Shown: positions 1 to 10,384, counted from the stretch's first letter. The stretch is DNA of 64,000 nt from Verrucomicrobiota bacterium (GCA_050012035.1 JBEKHY010000016.1:93528-157527); one strand, 5' to 3'. Made by a program: numbers and translations. The notes: a model not told the origin generated them from the letters alone.

Positions 1-554
1 CCGCCGCTGATAAACGTCTCCACGCAACCGTGCTGGCCGCAGTAGCACAGCGGACCGTCCGGGGCGAGGGACATGTGGCCCCACTCGCCGGCGATGGCTT
101 GCGGACCGGTGACGACTTCGCCTTGGTAAACAATTCCTCCACCGCAACCCGTGCCCATGATGACCCCGAAGACGAGCTTCTTTCCCTTGCCCGCGCCGTG
201 CAGCGCTTCGGCCAGGGCGAAACAATTCGCGTCGTTCTGGATCTCGATTTTCCGGCCGAGAATCCGTTCGAGGTCCGCTTTCAACGGCTGGCCGTTCATG
301 CAGACGGTGTTGGAGTTCTTCAACAGGCCGGTGCGCGGCGAGATGGCCCCGGGCGTGCCGATGCCGAACGTATGCGGTTGATGTTGAATGTGCGCAGCCA
401 GTTCGTCATGCAACCCTTTGACCCGGCTCAGGATGTGGGCATAGCCTTTTCCCTGCTGCGTATCCACCCGCGTGCGGAATAATTCAGAACCGGACGAATC
501 CAAAACGATGCCTTCAATCTTGGTGCCGCCGAGGTCTATGCCGATACGAAACAT
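1..554 (-). CDS. ROK family sugar kinase (fructokinase-like), runs off the window edge
   Basis: Not in the ORF track. Reverse strand from ATG at 554 reads MFRIGIDLGGTKIEG..., later NDANCFALAEA and GVIMGTGCGGG, all ROK motifs. Confidence 0.9.
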   Translation of the reverse strand, partial: MFRIGIDLGGTKIEGIVLDSSGSELFRTRVDTQQGKGYAHILSRVKGLHDELAAHIQHQPHTFGIGTPGAISPRTGLLKNSNTVCMNGQPLKADLERILGRKIEIQNDANCFALAEALHGAGKGKKLVFGVIMGTGCGGGIVYQGEVVTGPQAIAGEWGHMSLAPDGPLCYCGQHGCVETFISG

Positions 555-558
555 GTTT

Positions 559-1539
559 TCAAAATTTCGGCAAAACGTCCGGGTAGGGGCCAAGAAATCG
601 CTCGCCGTTAAAGTGAATTAAGTGGTCAGGGTCTTCGGCAACCCAAACTTCCGTTTCCCATGAAAGCTGCGTGAGAAAACTCCGCATGGCTTCGCGGCTC
701 GTAAACGCGGTCACAAACACCAAGCCCGCTTTGCAACCCACGAATAAATCCTTCAGTTCTTTCCGCCGCTTGCCGTCCACCGGTCCGGCGCTGGTGACAG
801 CTTCGATGAGCAGAAGCCAATTACGCCGGGTATCATGGACAACCACGTCCGGCATCTTCGCGGGAGCAGGAATCGCGATGCCGAGTCGTTTTAAATAATC
901 GGCGTCGAGATGCAGGAACTTGTCCTCTGCATCACCGATGTAGAGAACTGTTCCGCCCGCAACAAAGCGCGGACAAAATTCTTCGATGACTGTTTTGATG
1001 AGTGGATTTTGTCCGCCGGGTGAGATCGTCACGGTTTTGCCAGACGGAAGTTTTACCGGAATGCGAGTGAGCTTCCGTTCTCGTTCCAGTTCTTTGCGGA
1101 TACGGTTACGGCTCGCCAGATATGCCCTCAGTTTGCCGCTCCACTCCAACGTGTCGAACGTCCGAATCAGTTCCAGAGCGTGAACTTCAACCTGATAGAC
1201 TGTCTTGCCGCTGTTGGTTGGCCGCGCCGGGTCGTCGGGATTGCGAAGGAGCAAACCAGATTCGACGAAGTATTTCACAGCTTCGTCACGAATCGTTTCA
1301 CGGGTGTTTGGCGCATAGCGGACGCCATACGCCGTCGCCACGAAGTCAATGATGGGAGTGATTCCGCGCATCGGCGTTGCGGCTTCAGCCCAAGATTGGC
1401 CGGGTTTCAAATCGAGCAATGCCAGCAGCGCATAGCCTGCCACTTCGTTGCTTTGCTTTGGCGCGAAGCCAAGCGCACGCAGGATTTCCGTCGCGCCCTT
1501 CAGCTTCTTCTCCCGCTCTATTTGCTTTGCCTTTGCCAT
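559..1539 (-). CDS. BsuBI/PstI family type II restriction endonuclease
   Basis: 326 aa with YAPNTRETIR, RPTNS, KMPDVV...LIEAVTSAGP (PD..ExV) and WETEVW motifs. Its start overlaps the MTase stop (TGATG). Confidence 0.93.
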   Translation of the reverse strand: MAKAKQIEREKKLKGATEILRALGFAPKQSNEVAGYALLALLDLKPGQSWAEAATPMRGITPIIDFVATAYGVRYAPNTRETIRDEAVKYFVESGLLLRNPDDPARPTNSGKTVYQVEVHALELIRTFDTLEWSGKLRAYLASRNRIRKELERERKLTRIPVKLPSGKTVTISPGGQNPLIKTVIEEFCPRFVAGGTVLYIGDAEDKFLHLDADYLKRLGIAIPAPAKMPDVVVHDTRRNWLLLIEAVTSAGPVDGKRRKELKDLFVGCKAGLVFVTAFTSREAMRSFLTQLSWETEVWVAEDPDHLIHFNGERFLGPYPDVLPKF

Positions 1540-3125
1540 CAGAAAAGTTCCCTTTCCACGATTTCGTCTAACTGCTCCTGGGATAAATCCAAATCAGAAA
1601 TCCTCTCGCCCAAGCGTTCCAGTTGCGCCCGCGTCGGATAGTTGAAACTGCGCAGGTCAGTCGCATTGACCTGAGTGTGGCCGTTGAACTGACGGAAATA
1701 AGCATCCACCACCGTCGAGTTGAGAAACGCGGCCAGACCTTTCGCCAACGCCATCGGCAGACCGTGACCGGCGATGTGGAAATAGTTCAGGTGATTCTCG
1801 AATCCGACTAGCGGCGCTGCGATCTGGTGCGAGTCGTAGATGCAGGCCACGACCCGCCGCCGTTCCTCCTTGGCCGTAAACCGCTTCACCAGCACGTAAA
1901 CGCCGGCAGGCACGAGCAATTCGCGCGTCTGCCCGTTGCTAACGATGGCGTTCGGTTTGCGCGCCTTCTCGCGCGGCCAATGCACGAACCCGTCGTTGAA
2001 ATGGCAGGGATAAATTAGCGGCGCGGTGTCTTGTCCCGGCTGCTGGCGGAGAAATTCTTTTGCCCGAAAATCCACGACTCGCCCTGTTGAGACCGACACG
2101 TTCAGCGTCACCAACGAAGTCGAAAGCCGCTCCATCGCCTGGCGGGCTTGCGTGTGCTGATCATCCGTCGGCAGATGAATGAATTGCTCCGCATCGTCCG
2201 ACGAAACAATCTCACAGAAATCCACCGTGCGTTCAGTCACCGCGCCGCTGCGTTCGCCGCTGCTCGTCGAAATGACAACCCGCTTGGGTTTGGGCACACC
2301 TTTGACCGCGTGAAAGATGATGTTCTCCTGCAACACCGCATCCCTGCTGAACGCGGCGGAACGCGACTCGAAGACGTGCAGCCGGCGCAGCGACATCGTT
2401 TCAAGAAAGTCTTCCCGAAATGGTTTGAAGTAAGGCCCGTTGCAAAAACTCCGCGGCGTGATGGCGACCAACTCGCCACCTTTGACCAGCAACCGGGTGA
2501 CGAGCGCGACAAAGCCCGCATACAGGTTGCTCGTCTCAATGCCCGCCGACCGGAGCAACAGGCGGGTGGAAGAATCGCTGCGGATTTTCCGATAGGGTGG
2601 ATTGATGATGGCCACATTGAAGGGTGGCGGCGGCGACCCAAAAAAATCATCTCGCACCATCGGCACGGCGGCGGCGATAAAATCCTCGTTCAAAAACGTG
2701 GCCGAAAATGAAATGCCCGCCCGCTCACACTCGCGGCGGCAACCGTCGAGCGTATTCCGTAACGATTCAATCTGTGCCTCGTCAATCTCGTAAGCCGCGA
2801 TGGAAATCCGCTTGGGCTTTCGATGCTCGTGACACAACCGCCCGACCAGCGCGGCGGATAATGCGCCCGCTCCAGCCCCCGCATCGAGCAAATGCACTTC
2901 ACTCCGGGGAATCTCGAAAAGCGAAGCCATGAATTCCGCGACTGGATTGGGCGTCAGGAACTGCCCCAGTTCGTGCTGCTTGTCCAAGCCGTCATGCGAC
3001 GCCGGGGCAAATGGTGAAAGGGTTGGCGTTTCACCAGCAATGACATTCGTATGGACGATGGCTGTTGTCACAAGTTCTGGCGCGATAATAGCAATGACCC
3101 AGACAGTTTCAATGGGGATAGTCAT
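1539..3125 (-). CDS. N6-adenine DNA methyltransferase, gamma class (M.BsuBI/M.PstI-like); start uncertain
   Basis: LGQFLTP, motif I LLDAGAGAG, motif IV NPPY, C-terminal FNGHTQVNATDL. Coupled to the endonuclease. Confidence 0.93.
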   Translation of the reverse strand: MTIPIETVWVIAIIAPELVTTAIVHTNVIAGETPTLSPFAPASHDGLDKQHELGQFLTPNPVAEFMASLFEIPRSEVHLLDAGAGAGALSAALVGRLCHEHRKPKRISIAAYEIDEAQIESLRNTLDGCRRECERAGISFSATFLNEDFIAAAVPMVRDDFFGSPPPPFNVAIINPPYRKIRSDSSTRLLLRSAGIETSNLYAGFVALVTRLLVKGGELVAITPRSFCNGPYFKPFREDFLETMSLRRLHVFESRSAAFSRDAVLQENIIFHAVKGVPKPKRVVISTSSGERSGAVTERTVDFCEIVSSDDAEQFIHLPTDDQHTQARQAMERLSTSLVTLNVSVSTGRVVDFRAKEFLRQQPGQDTAPLIYPCHFNDGFVHWPREKARKPNAIVSNGQTRELLVPAGVYVLVKRFTAKEERRRVVACIYDSHQIAAPLVGFENHLNYFHIAGHGLPMALAKGLAAFLNSTVVDAYFRQFNGHTQVNATDLRSFNYPTRAQLERLGERISDLDLSQEQLDEIVERELF

Positions 3126-3247
3126 CCTCTTTTCCTGATGAACCTTGTTGCCGCCGCGCCAATTTTTGTGGATGCGAGCCGAGAGTTTTCACAGACCACG
3201 GCTTGACCGTGACGGCAAAAACCGGTTTGCTCTTCATGGACACTTTT

Positions 3248-4465
3248 ATGAGTTCAGCCAAACCTCCGCTCGACGATTTGCGGATCGAACGCAGCGCAGA
3301 GCAGAAACCACAATCCAAAATGTGGTTGGTGGCCGCTGCGGCCGTCCTTCTGCTTTTGGCGGGCGCGGCGATTTGGTGGCATTCGGGTTCGGACGCCATG
3401 GCCGTGCGCACGGCGGTGGCGCGCGATGCCGCTCCCGCCGGCAAAGGCGGGCAGACGGTGTTGAATGCCTCCGGTTACGTCACCGCCCGGCGGGAGGCGA
3501 CTGTTTCCTCCAAAGTCACCGGCAAGGTCATGGAAGTGCTCATCGAGGAGGGCATGAAAGTGAAGGAAGGCCAGATTCTGGCGCGGTTGGACGACACGAA
3601 TATCAAGGCCGGCTTGGAGGTGGCCCAGGCTCAGTTGGCGTCGGCGAAGGCGGCGCTGGCGGAAACCGAGGCGCAACTCAAGAACGCGGATCAGGAATTC
3701 CAACGCACGACCGAGCTGGCCAAACAACACATCGCGTCACAATCCGACCTGGACCTGGCCGAGTCGAATGCCAAGGCGTTGCAGGCGCATCTGGCGCAAC
3801 AGAAACTCGACGTCGTTGTCGCGGAACGCCAGGTGACAACATGGCAGCAGCAAATGGACGACATGGTCATCCGCGCGCCGTTCGACGGCGTGGTCACGAC
3901 CAAAGACGCCCAGCCCGGCGAGATGATTTCCCCGGTCTCCGCCGGCGGCGGTTACACGCGCACGGGCATAGGCACCGTCGTGGACATGAACTCGCTGGAA
4001 ATTGAAATTGATGTCAACGAAAGCTACATCAACCGGGTCGAGCCAAGCCAGCCGGTCGAAGCCACGCTGGACGCGTATCCCGACTGGAAAATTCCCTGCA
4101 AGGTCATCGCCACCATCCCGACCGCCGACCGGCAGAAGTCCACGGTCAAGGTGCGCGTCGGTTTCGACCAGCTCGATCCGCGCATCCTGCCAGACATGTC
4201 GGTGAAGGTGGCCTTTCGCGGTGTCAGCGGAACGGCGGCGGGCCGCGCGGTGATGGTTCCGAAAAGCGCCGTACAAAATCAGGACGGGCGCGACGTGGTG
4301 TTTGTCGTCCGAGGCGGCCGCGCCGAACGTCGCGCGGTCACGGTCAGTGACACGCAGGGTGACGACTCCGTGTTGAGTGCGGGCGTGTCCGCCGGCGAAA
4401 AAATCGTCGTGGCCGCACCCGCCGGTTTGAACGATGGCACGAAGGTGAAAGAGGTGAAGCCGTGA
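3248..4465 (+). CDS. MacA-like periplasmic adaptor (membrane fusion protein)
   Basis: N-terminal TM, VSSKVTGKV lipoyl half, coiled-coil hairpin, IRAPFDGVV. Upstream of ABC genes. Start chosen at MSSAK. Confidence 0.9.
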   Translation: MSSAKPPLDDLRIERSAEQKPQSKMWLVAAAAVLLLLAGAAIWWHSGSDAMAVRTAVARDAAPAGKGGQTVLNASGYVTARREATVSSKVTGKVMEVLIEEGMKVKEGQILARLDDTNIKAGLEVAQAQLASAKAALAETEAQLKNADQEFQRTTELAKQHIASQSDLDLAESNAKALQAHLAQQKLDVVVAERQVTTWQQQMDDMVIRAPFDGVVTTKDAQPGEMISPVSAGGGYTRTGIGTVVDMNSLEIEIDVNESYINRVEPSQPVEATLDAYPDWKIPCKVIATIPTADRQKSTVKVRVGFDQLDPRILPDMSVKVAFRGVSGTAAGRAVMVPKSAVQNQDGRDVVFVVRGGRAERRAVTVSDTQGDDSVLSAGVSAGEKIVVAAPAGLNDGTKVKEVKP

Positions 4466-4535
4466 GTCGTGGAAATTTGTCACCGTTTTGTAATTGGCTT
4501 CGCAACCACGAATCTGAAACGCTATTGGGAGAATC

Positions 4536-5237
4536 ATGAATGCTCAAGGTAACAGTACTCTGGTGAACGTTGACGGGGTGGGAAAAGTTTTTCATCGCGG
4601 CTCGGAAGACATCCACGTTCTGGCGGACCTGCATTTGCAGGCGTCCGCCGGTGAATTCCTTGCGTTGATGGGGCCGTCGGGTTCCGGCAAGACCACGCTC
4701 TTGAATTTGATCGGCGGCCTTGACCGCCCAACGAAAGGCACGGTCACGGTCGCCGGCGAACACCTCGATCAATTGTCCGATCACCGGCTGGCCGCGTGGC
4801 GCGCGCGGCACATCGGTTTTGTTTTCCAGCTTTACAACCTGATGCCGATGTTGACGGCGGAGCGGAACGTGGAATTGCCACTGTTGCTGACGCACCTTTC
4901 CAAAGTCGAGCGGCAGAAGCACGTGGAAACGGCCCTGGCGGTCGTCGGGCTGTCGCATCGTGCGAAACATTATCCGCGCACGCTTTCGGGCGGCGAACAG
5001 CAACGCGTCGGCATCGCCCGCGGCATCGTCACCGACCCGACGTTGTTGTTGTGCGACGAACCGACGGGCGACCTCGACCGCAAGTCGGGCGATGAAGTTC
5101 TGAATTTGCTTCAGGCGCTGAACCGCGAGCACGGCAAAACCATCATCATGGTCACACACGATCCGCACGCCTCGGCCCGCGCGTCACGGACGGTCTATCT
5201 GGACAAAGGACAATTGAGCAACGAACCGGTGAAATGA
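4536..5237 (+). CDS. ABC transporter ATP-binding protein (MacB/LolD-like)
   Basis: GPSGSGKT, LSGGEQQRV, DEPTGDLD, VTHD. Confidence 0.95.
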   Translation: MNAQGNSTLVNVDGVGKVFHRGSEDIHVLADLHLQASAGEFLALMGPSGSGKTTLLNLIGGLDRPTKGTVTVAGEHLDQLSDHRLAAWRARHIGFVFQLYNLMPMLTAERNVELPLLLTHLSKVERQKHVETALAVVGLSHRAKHYPRTLSGGEQQRVGIARGIVTDPTLLLCDEPTGDLDRKSGDEVLNLLQALNREHGKTIIMVTHDPHASARASRTVYLDKGQLSNEPVK

Positions 5238-6388
5238 AATTTCTTCACCTCATCTGGTGCAATTTGAAGCGGAAAAAGTTGCGCACGTCGCTGACGTTGC
5301 TGTCAATTGTCGTGGCGTTCATCCTGTTCGGGTTTTTGTCGGCCATCCAGCAGGCGCTGGTGGGCGGCGTGGAAATGGCGGGTGCGGATCGGTTGATCGT
5401 CCGCCATAAGGTGTCCATCATGAAGTTGCTGCCGGTGAGTTACCAGGCGCGGATGGAGCGAATCCCCGGCGTGGATTTCGCCACGTACCAGACCTGGTTC
5501 GGTGGCATTTACCAGGACCCGAAAAATTTCTTCATGCAAAATCCGGTCGAGCCGGAAAAATTTCTCAAAATCCACCCGGAATTCATTCTGCCACCGGAGC
5601 AGATGAAGGCCTGGCTGGCCACGCGGACGGGCGCGATTGTCGGCCACCGGACGGCGGAGCGATTCGGCTGGAAAATCGGCGACAAGGTGCCGATTCGCTC
5701 CACCATTTGGTCGCAGGCGAACGGCAACCAGACATGGACGTTTGACATCGTGGGCATTTACGACGGAAAAGACAAAGGCACTGACACCACGCCAATGTTT
5801 TTCCGTTATGACTATTTCGATGAAGCCCGGCAGTTCGCCAAGGGGCAAGTCGGCTGGTACACCATCCGCATCAAAGACCCATCGCAGGCGGCGGAAGTGG
5901 CCAAACGGGTGGATGAGGAATTCGAGAATTCGTCGGCGGAAACCAAGACGGAGCCGGAGGGCGCATTCATTCAAGGCTGGGCCAAGGCCATCGGCAACAT
6001 CGTCTTCATCGTCGCGGCAATCCTGAGCGCGGTGTTCTTCACCATTCTGCTGGTGACCGGCAACACCATGGCGCAGGCCGTGCGCGAGCGGACCGGTGAA
6101 CTGGGTGTGCTCAAGGCCATCGGTTTCACCAACGGACAGATCGTCGCGCTCGTGCTCGCCGAGTCATGCCTGCTCACGGTGCTTGGAGGCGTGGTCGGTC
6201 TTGGACTGGCGTGGCTGATGATTTCCCGCGGCGATCCCACGCGCGGTCTGCTGCCTCTGTTCTTTTTCCCGACCCGTGATTTGTTCATCGGGCTGGGCCT
6301 CAGTGTCGTGCTGGGGCTGATTACCGGAATTTTCCCTGCGCTTCAGGCCATGCGCCTGCGCGTGGCCGATGCCTTGAGGAGAATGTAA
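5234..6388 (+). CDS. ABC transporter permease (MacB-PCD/FtsX-like)
   Basis: One TM, periplasmic domain, three TMs; ERTGELGVLKAIGF motif. Confidence 0.92.
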   Translation: MKFLHLIWCNLKRKKLRTSLTLLSIVVAFILFGFLSAIQQALVGGVEMAGADRLIVRHKVSIMKLLPVSYQARMERIPGVDFATYQTWFGGIYQDPKNFFMQNPVEPEKFLKIHPEFILPPEQMKAWLATRTGAIVGHRTAERFGWKIGDKVPIRSTIWSQANGNQTWTFDIVGIYDGKDKGTDTTPMFFRYDYFDEARQFAKGQVGWYTIRIKDPSQAAEVAKRVDEEFENSSAETKTEPEGAFIQGWAKAIGNIVFIVAAILSAVFFTILLVTGNTMAQAVRERTGELGVLKAIGFTNGQIVALVLAESCLLTVLGGVVGLGLAWLMISRGDPTRGLLPLFFFPTRDLFIGLGLSVVLGLITGIFPALQAMRLRVADALRRM

Positions 6389-6419
6389 AATGATTTCACA
6401 ACTCGACTCCTCGTTCGTG

Positions 6420-6560
6420 GTAGGGTCGGCGCGCTGCGCCGACCGGCCGCCGCAGCACGGCGTCCCTACCTTTCTTTCAACTCTCAACCCTTCCGCCTCC
6501 GCTGAAAGCTCCGGCGCGACCGCGTCGAAACGCAGTGAAAGCGGGCAACCCTCAACCCAC
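6420..6560. repeat. REP-like palindrome cluster plus TCAACYC heptamers
   Basis: GTAGGGTCGGCGCGCTGCGCCGACC...GGCGTCCCTAC inverted doublet, followed by tcaactc/tcaaccc units and a ccgcctccg...ccggcgcg element, between the two permease genes. Confidence 0.7.
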
Positions 6561-6562
6561 TA

Positions 6563-7762
6563 ATGGCCGGCCCCATCAACTGGTTTTCCCAAATCGCCTC
6601 CATCACCAAGTTCGGGTTGATGAGCCTGCCGCAACGGCGCGGCGCGGTCACGGCCACGGTCATCGGCATCGCGGGTGTTGTGGCCGTACTCGTGGGCGTG
6701 CTGTCCATCGCGGCGGGTTTCCGGCAGGTCATGACCGTTTCCGGCTCGCCCGACGGTGCGATTGTTTTGCGCAGCGGCGCCGACAGTGAAATGGTCAGCG
6801 GTTTCGGGCGCGACGAGACGCGCGTCATCGCCGACGCCCCGGGAGTGGCACGCAACGCGCAAGGCCCGCTCGCGTCCGCGGAATTGTTCGTCGTCATTGA
6901 CCTGCCCAAACGTTCCACCGGCACGGACGCGAACGTGCCATTGCGCGGTGTGGAATCGGCCGCGCTGCAAGTGCGCGACAACCTCAAGATTATCCAGGGC
7001 CGGATGTTTGATTGGGGCAAGGACGAAGTCATCGTCGGTCGCGGCGCGGCCCAGGAATTCGCCGGGCTGGAAGTCGGCTCGAAAATAAAGGTGGGCCGCT
7101 ATGAATGGCCGGTTGCCGGCATCTTTTCGGCCAACGGCGGGGTTGCGGAATCTGAAATCTGGACCGACGCGAAGGTGTTGCAGGACGCGTATAATCGCGG
7201 TGACTCGTTTCAATCCGTCTCCGTCCGGCTCAATTCGCCGGGCGCGTTTCAGGCGTTCAAAGATTCGCTTACCTCGAACCCGCAACTCAGCGTGAAAGTT
7301 GTCCGGCAAGCCGAGTATTACGCCCAACAATCCGAAACCATCACGCGGTTGATTACGACGCTCGGCTTCTCGATTGCGTTTTTAATGGCCATCGGCGCGG
7401 TATTCGGCGCGCTGAACACGATGTACAGCGCGGTGGCGGCGCGGACACGGGAAATCGCCACACTGCGGGCGCTCGGCTTCGGCGGCGGCGCGGTGGTGGT
7501 GTCGTTGATGCTCGAATCGCTGCTGCTGGCATTGGTCGGCGGCGCAGTCGGCGGCAGCCTGGCCTATCTCGCATTCAATAATTTTCACACCTCGACGATG
7601 AACTGGCAGAGCTTCAGCCAGGTCACATTTGCCTTCAGAGTTACGCCGGAATTGCTGGTGCGCGGGGTGGTGTGGGCAGCGGTGATTGGTTTGATCGGCG
7701 GCTTGTTCCCGGCCATCCGCGCCGCCCGGCTGCCCATCGCGTCGGCGTTGCGGGAACTGTGA
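6563..7762 (+). CDS. ABC transporter permease (MacB-PCD/FtsX-like), second subunit
   Basis: ARTREIATLRALGF motif, same topology as the preceding permease. Confidence 0.92.
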   Translation: MAGPINWFSQIASITKFGLMSLPQRRGAVTATVIGIAGVVAVLVGVLSIAAGFRQVMTVSGSPDGAIVLRSGADSEMVSGFGRDETRVIADAPGVARNAQGPLASAELFVVIDLPKRSTGTDANVPLRGVESAALQVRDNLKIIQGRMFDWGKDEVIVGRGAAQEFAGLEVGSKIKVGRYEWPVAGIFSANGGVAESEIWTDAKVLQDAYNRGDSFQSVSVRLNSPGAFQAFKDSLTSNPQLSVKVVRQAEYYAQQSETITRLITTLGFSIAFLMAIGAVFGALNTMYSAVAARTREIATLRALGFGGGAVVVSLMLESLLLALVGGAVGGSLAYLAFNNFHTSTMNWQSFSQVTFAFRVTPELLVRGVVWAAVIGLIGGLFPAIRAARLPIASALREL

Positions 7763-7766
7763 GAAT

Positions 7767-7831
7767 AAAAAGGCAAACGGTTTCCCGTTCGCCTTGAAAA
7801 TAGCGCAGCCGTCTCGGCTGCAAGGCACAGG
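7767..7831. repeat. Terminator hairpin plus truncated REP; direct-repeat copy of 8796-8861
   Basis: aaaaaggcaaacggtttcccgttcgcct...tagcgcagccgtctcggctgcaag recurs at 8796-8861. Confidence 0.85.
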
Positions 7832-7862
7832 TGTGAAGAAATCGGACGTTGCGCGGTGAATA

Positions 7863-8588
7863 TCAGTTCCCCGGCTGCGCCACTTCAGCCGTTGAGCGTT
7901 TGTGCCGCCCTTTGGGACGCACCTTTTCCAGGCACTCCGGACAAATGCCGTGGGTAAAATCAACGCCTGTGTACTTATGGAAGTAAGCCTCCACCTGAGC
8001 CCAGTACCCCTCGTCATCGCGGATGCGCTTGCACCAGGCGCAGATGGGCAGCAACCCCTGCAAGGTTTTGACGTGATTGAGTGCATCCGCCAAGTGTGCC
8101 GAAACCCGCCTTAACTCCAACAGGGCCATGACCTGCCGCACCAGGGCCTGCATTGCCTTCTCCTGTTCGGCCGAAAGCTGGCGCGGTTTCCGGTCAATGA
8201 CACAGAGTGTTCCCAAGGCCAATCCTTCCGGGTTGACCAGTGGAAAGCCCGCATAAAACCGGACATGAGGTTCGCCCGTGACCAGGGCATTGTCGGCAAA
8301 CCGCCGGTCTTTCTTCGCGTCCCGGACAACGAAGGGCTCGTGCTGAAGAATCGCATGCGCACAGAACGCAATATCGCGAGACGTTTGCTGCTGAGCCATT
8401 CCCGCCCGGGATTTGAACCACTGCCGGACTTCGTCCACCAGGGAAATCATGGTGATGGGAACCCTGCAAATGTGCGCAGCCAGGGCGGTGATATCGTCGT
8501 AGGACTGCTCGGTCCCGGTATCGAGAATGTGATACTCCTTCAGGGCCGCGAGCCGTTCGGCTTCATTATTTGGAATCGGTGCTTTCAT
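7863..8588 (-). CDS. GAF-domain protein with C-terminal Cys/His-rich domain
   Basis: NEAERLAAL...FCAHAIL...RFYAGFPL...LGTLCVID (GAF), then LPICAWCKRIRDDEGYW...FTHGICPEC. Confidence 0.9.
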   Translation of the reverse strand: MKAPIPNNEAERLAALKEYHILDTGTEQSYDDITALAAHICRVPITMISLVDEVRQWFKSRAGMAQQQTSRDIAFCAHAILQHEPFVVRDAKKDRRFADNALVTGEPHVRFYAGFPLVNPEGLALGTLCVIDRKPRQLSAEQEKAMQALVRQVMALLELRRVSAHLADALNHVKTLQGLLPICAWCKRIRDDEGYWAQVEAYFHKYTGVDFTHGICPECLEKVRPKGRHKRSTAEVAQPGN

Positions 8589-8795
8589 TTTTCAATGGCT
8601 TTCAATTCAGGCCAAACCACGGCCACAACCAGCGGGGTGACATTCCCCCCGCTCCGGCGATCACGGCTGACCCGTTGTGCTTTGACATAAGTTAAACGAC
8701 ATTTTTGTCGTAGTGTACCTTATCACAGATTGCCCGGAGTGAAAGTTTTTTCTTTGTCTCCGGAAATGCCACAGGCTGTGTCCTTGCCGGAAGGG

Positions 8796-8823
8796 AAAAA
8801 GGCGAACGGTTTCCCTTTCACCT
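8796..8823 (-). terminator. Intrinsic terminator downstream of ahcY
   Basis: Minus strand AGGTGAAAGG-GAAA-CCGTTCGCC followed by TTTTT. Confidence 0.65.
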
Positions 8824-8829
8824 CTGAAA

Positions 8830-8878
8830 GTAGCGCAGCCGTCTCGGCTGCAAGTCGCAGGCGGGACGCCTGCGCTAC
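8830..8878. repeat. GTAG-type REP doublet
   Basis: GTAGCGCAGCCGTCTCGGCTGC...GCAGGCGGGACGCCTGCGCTAC, two hairpins in inverted orientation. Confidence 0.8.
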
Positions 8879-8883
8879 GTTGG

Positions 8884-10350
8884 TCAATACCGATAGTGCT
8901 CCGGCTTGTAAGGCCCTTCCACCGGCACGCCGATATAGTCGGCTTGTTTCTTCGACAGCTTGGTGAGCTTCACGCCGATTTTTTCGAGGTGCAACCGGGC
9001 GACTTCCTCATCCAGTTTCTTGGGCAGACGATAGACGCCGACCTTGTAACTGTCCTTGTTCTTCCACAAATCCAGTTGCGCGAGGCATTGGTTGGTAAAA
9101 CTGTTGCTCATCACAAAGCTCGGATGGCCTTCGGCGCAGCCGAGGTTCACCAGCCGGCCTTCAGCGAGCAGGTAAATGCTGCGGTCGCCGGGTAGATCGT
9201 AGCGGTCCACCTGCGGCTTGATGTTCACCTTGCTGACGCCTTTCGCGTTGTTCAGGCGGTCCACCTGAATCTCGTTGTCGAAGTGGCCGATGTTGCAAAC
9301 GATGGCCTGGTCTTTCATCTTCAAAATGTGTTCCAGGGTGATGACGTCGCAGTTGCCGGTGGCGGTAACATAGATGTCGGCTTCACCCAGCGTGTCTTCG
9401 ACCGTCTTCACTTCGAACCCTTCCATCGCGGCCTGCAGAGCGTTGATGGGGTCAACTTCGGTGACAATCACCCGCGCGCCGAATCCGCGCAGTGAATGGG
9501 CGCTGCCCTTGCCGACGTCGCCGTAGCCGCAGACGCAGGCGGTCTTGCCGGCAATCATCACGCCCAGCGCGCGTTTGAGGCCGTCGGCGAGCGATTCGCG
9601 GCAGCCATAGAGATTGTCGAACTTCGATTTGGTGACGGAGTCGTTAACGTTGATGGCAGGCACGAGCAGTTTTTTCGCCTCAAGCATCTGGTAAAGCCGA
9701 TGCACGCCGGTGGTCGTTTCCTCGCTGACACCCTTCCAATCCTTGACGGCTTGCGTGAACCAGCCGGGCCGTTCCTTCGCGCATTTCTTCAAAAGATTTT
9801 TGACGACGGAAACTTCGTGGCTGTCGCTGGGCGAGTTGACCCAGTTGTCGCCCTGCTCCATTTCATAACCCTTGTGGAGGAGCAACGTGGCGTCGCCGCC
9901 GTCGTCCACGACCAGTTGCGGGCCTTTGCCGCCCGGATGCGTGAGCATGTTGAGCGTGAATTCCCAGTATTCTTCGAGCGATTCGCCTTTGAAGGCGAAA
10001 ACACTGACGCCGGCCTTGGCGATGGCGGCGGCGGCGTGGTCTTGGGTGGAAAAAATGTTGCACGAGGCCCAGCGCACGGACGCGCCGAGTTCCACGAGCG
10101 TTTCGATGAGCACGGCGGTCTCAATGGTCATGTGGAGCGAGCCGGAAATGCGCACGCCCTTGAACGGCTTTGGCGGGCCGTATTGGGCGCGGATGGCCAT
10201 GAGACCGGGCATTTCCTGTTCAGCCACTTCAATCTCACGCCGGCCGAGGTCGGCGAGCGAAATGTCGCGGACGTAGTAATCATGCTTCGCGCCGTTGCCG
10301 TTGACCCTGGCGGGTTTGGCGCGCGGAGGGGAAAGTTTGATGGCGGGCAT
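8884..10350 (-). CDS. ahcY: S-adenosyl-L-homocysteine hydrolase
   Basis: [55 protein letters not shown]-terminal HYRY. Confidence 0.99.
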   Translation of the reverse strand: MPAIKLSPPRAKPARVNGNGAKHDYYVRDISLADLGRREIEVAEQEMPGLMAIRAQYGPPKPFKGVRISGSLHMTIETAVLIETLVELGASVRWASCNIFSTQDHAAAAIAKAGVSVFAFKGESLEEYWEFTLNMLTHPGGKGPQLVVDDGGDATLLLHKGYEMEQGDNWVNSPSDSHEVSVVKNLLKKCAKERPGWFTQAVKDWKGVSEETTTGVHRLYQMLEAKKLLVPAINVNDSVTKSKFDNLYGCRESLADGLKRALGVMIAGKTACVCGYGDVGKGSAHSLRGFGARVIVTEVDPINALQAAMEGFEVKTVEDTLGEADIYVTATGNCDVITLEHILKMKDQAIVCNIGHFDNEIQVDRLNNAKGVSKVNIKPQVDRYDLPGDRSIYLLAEGRLVNLGCAEGHPSFVMSNSFTNQCLAQLDLWKNKDSYKVGVYRLPKKLDEEVARLHLEKIGVKLTKLSKKQADYIGVPVEGPYKPEHYRY

Positions 10351-10353
10351 AGT

Positions 10354-10384
10354 TGGTTGAGAGTTGAAAGTTGAGGGTTGAGAG

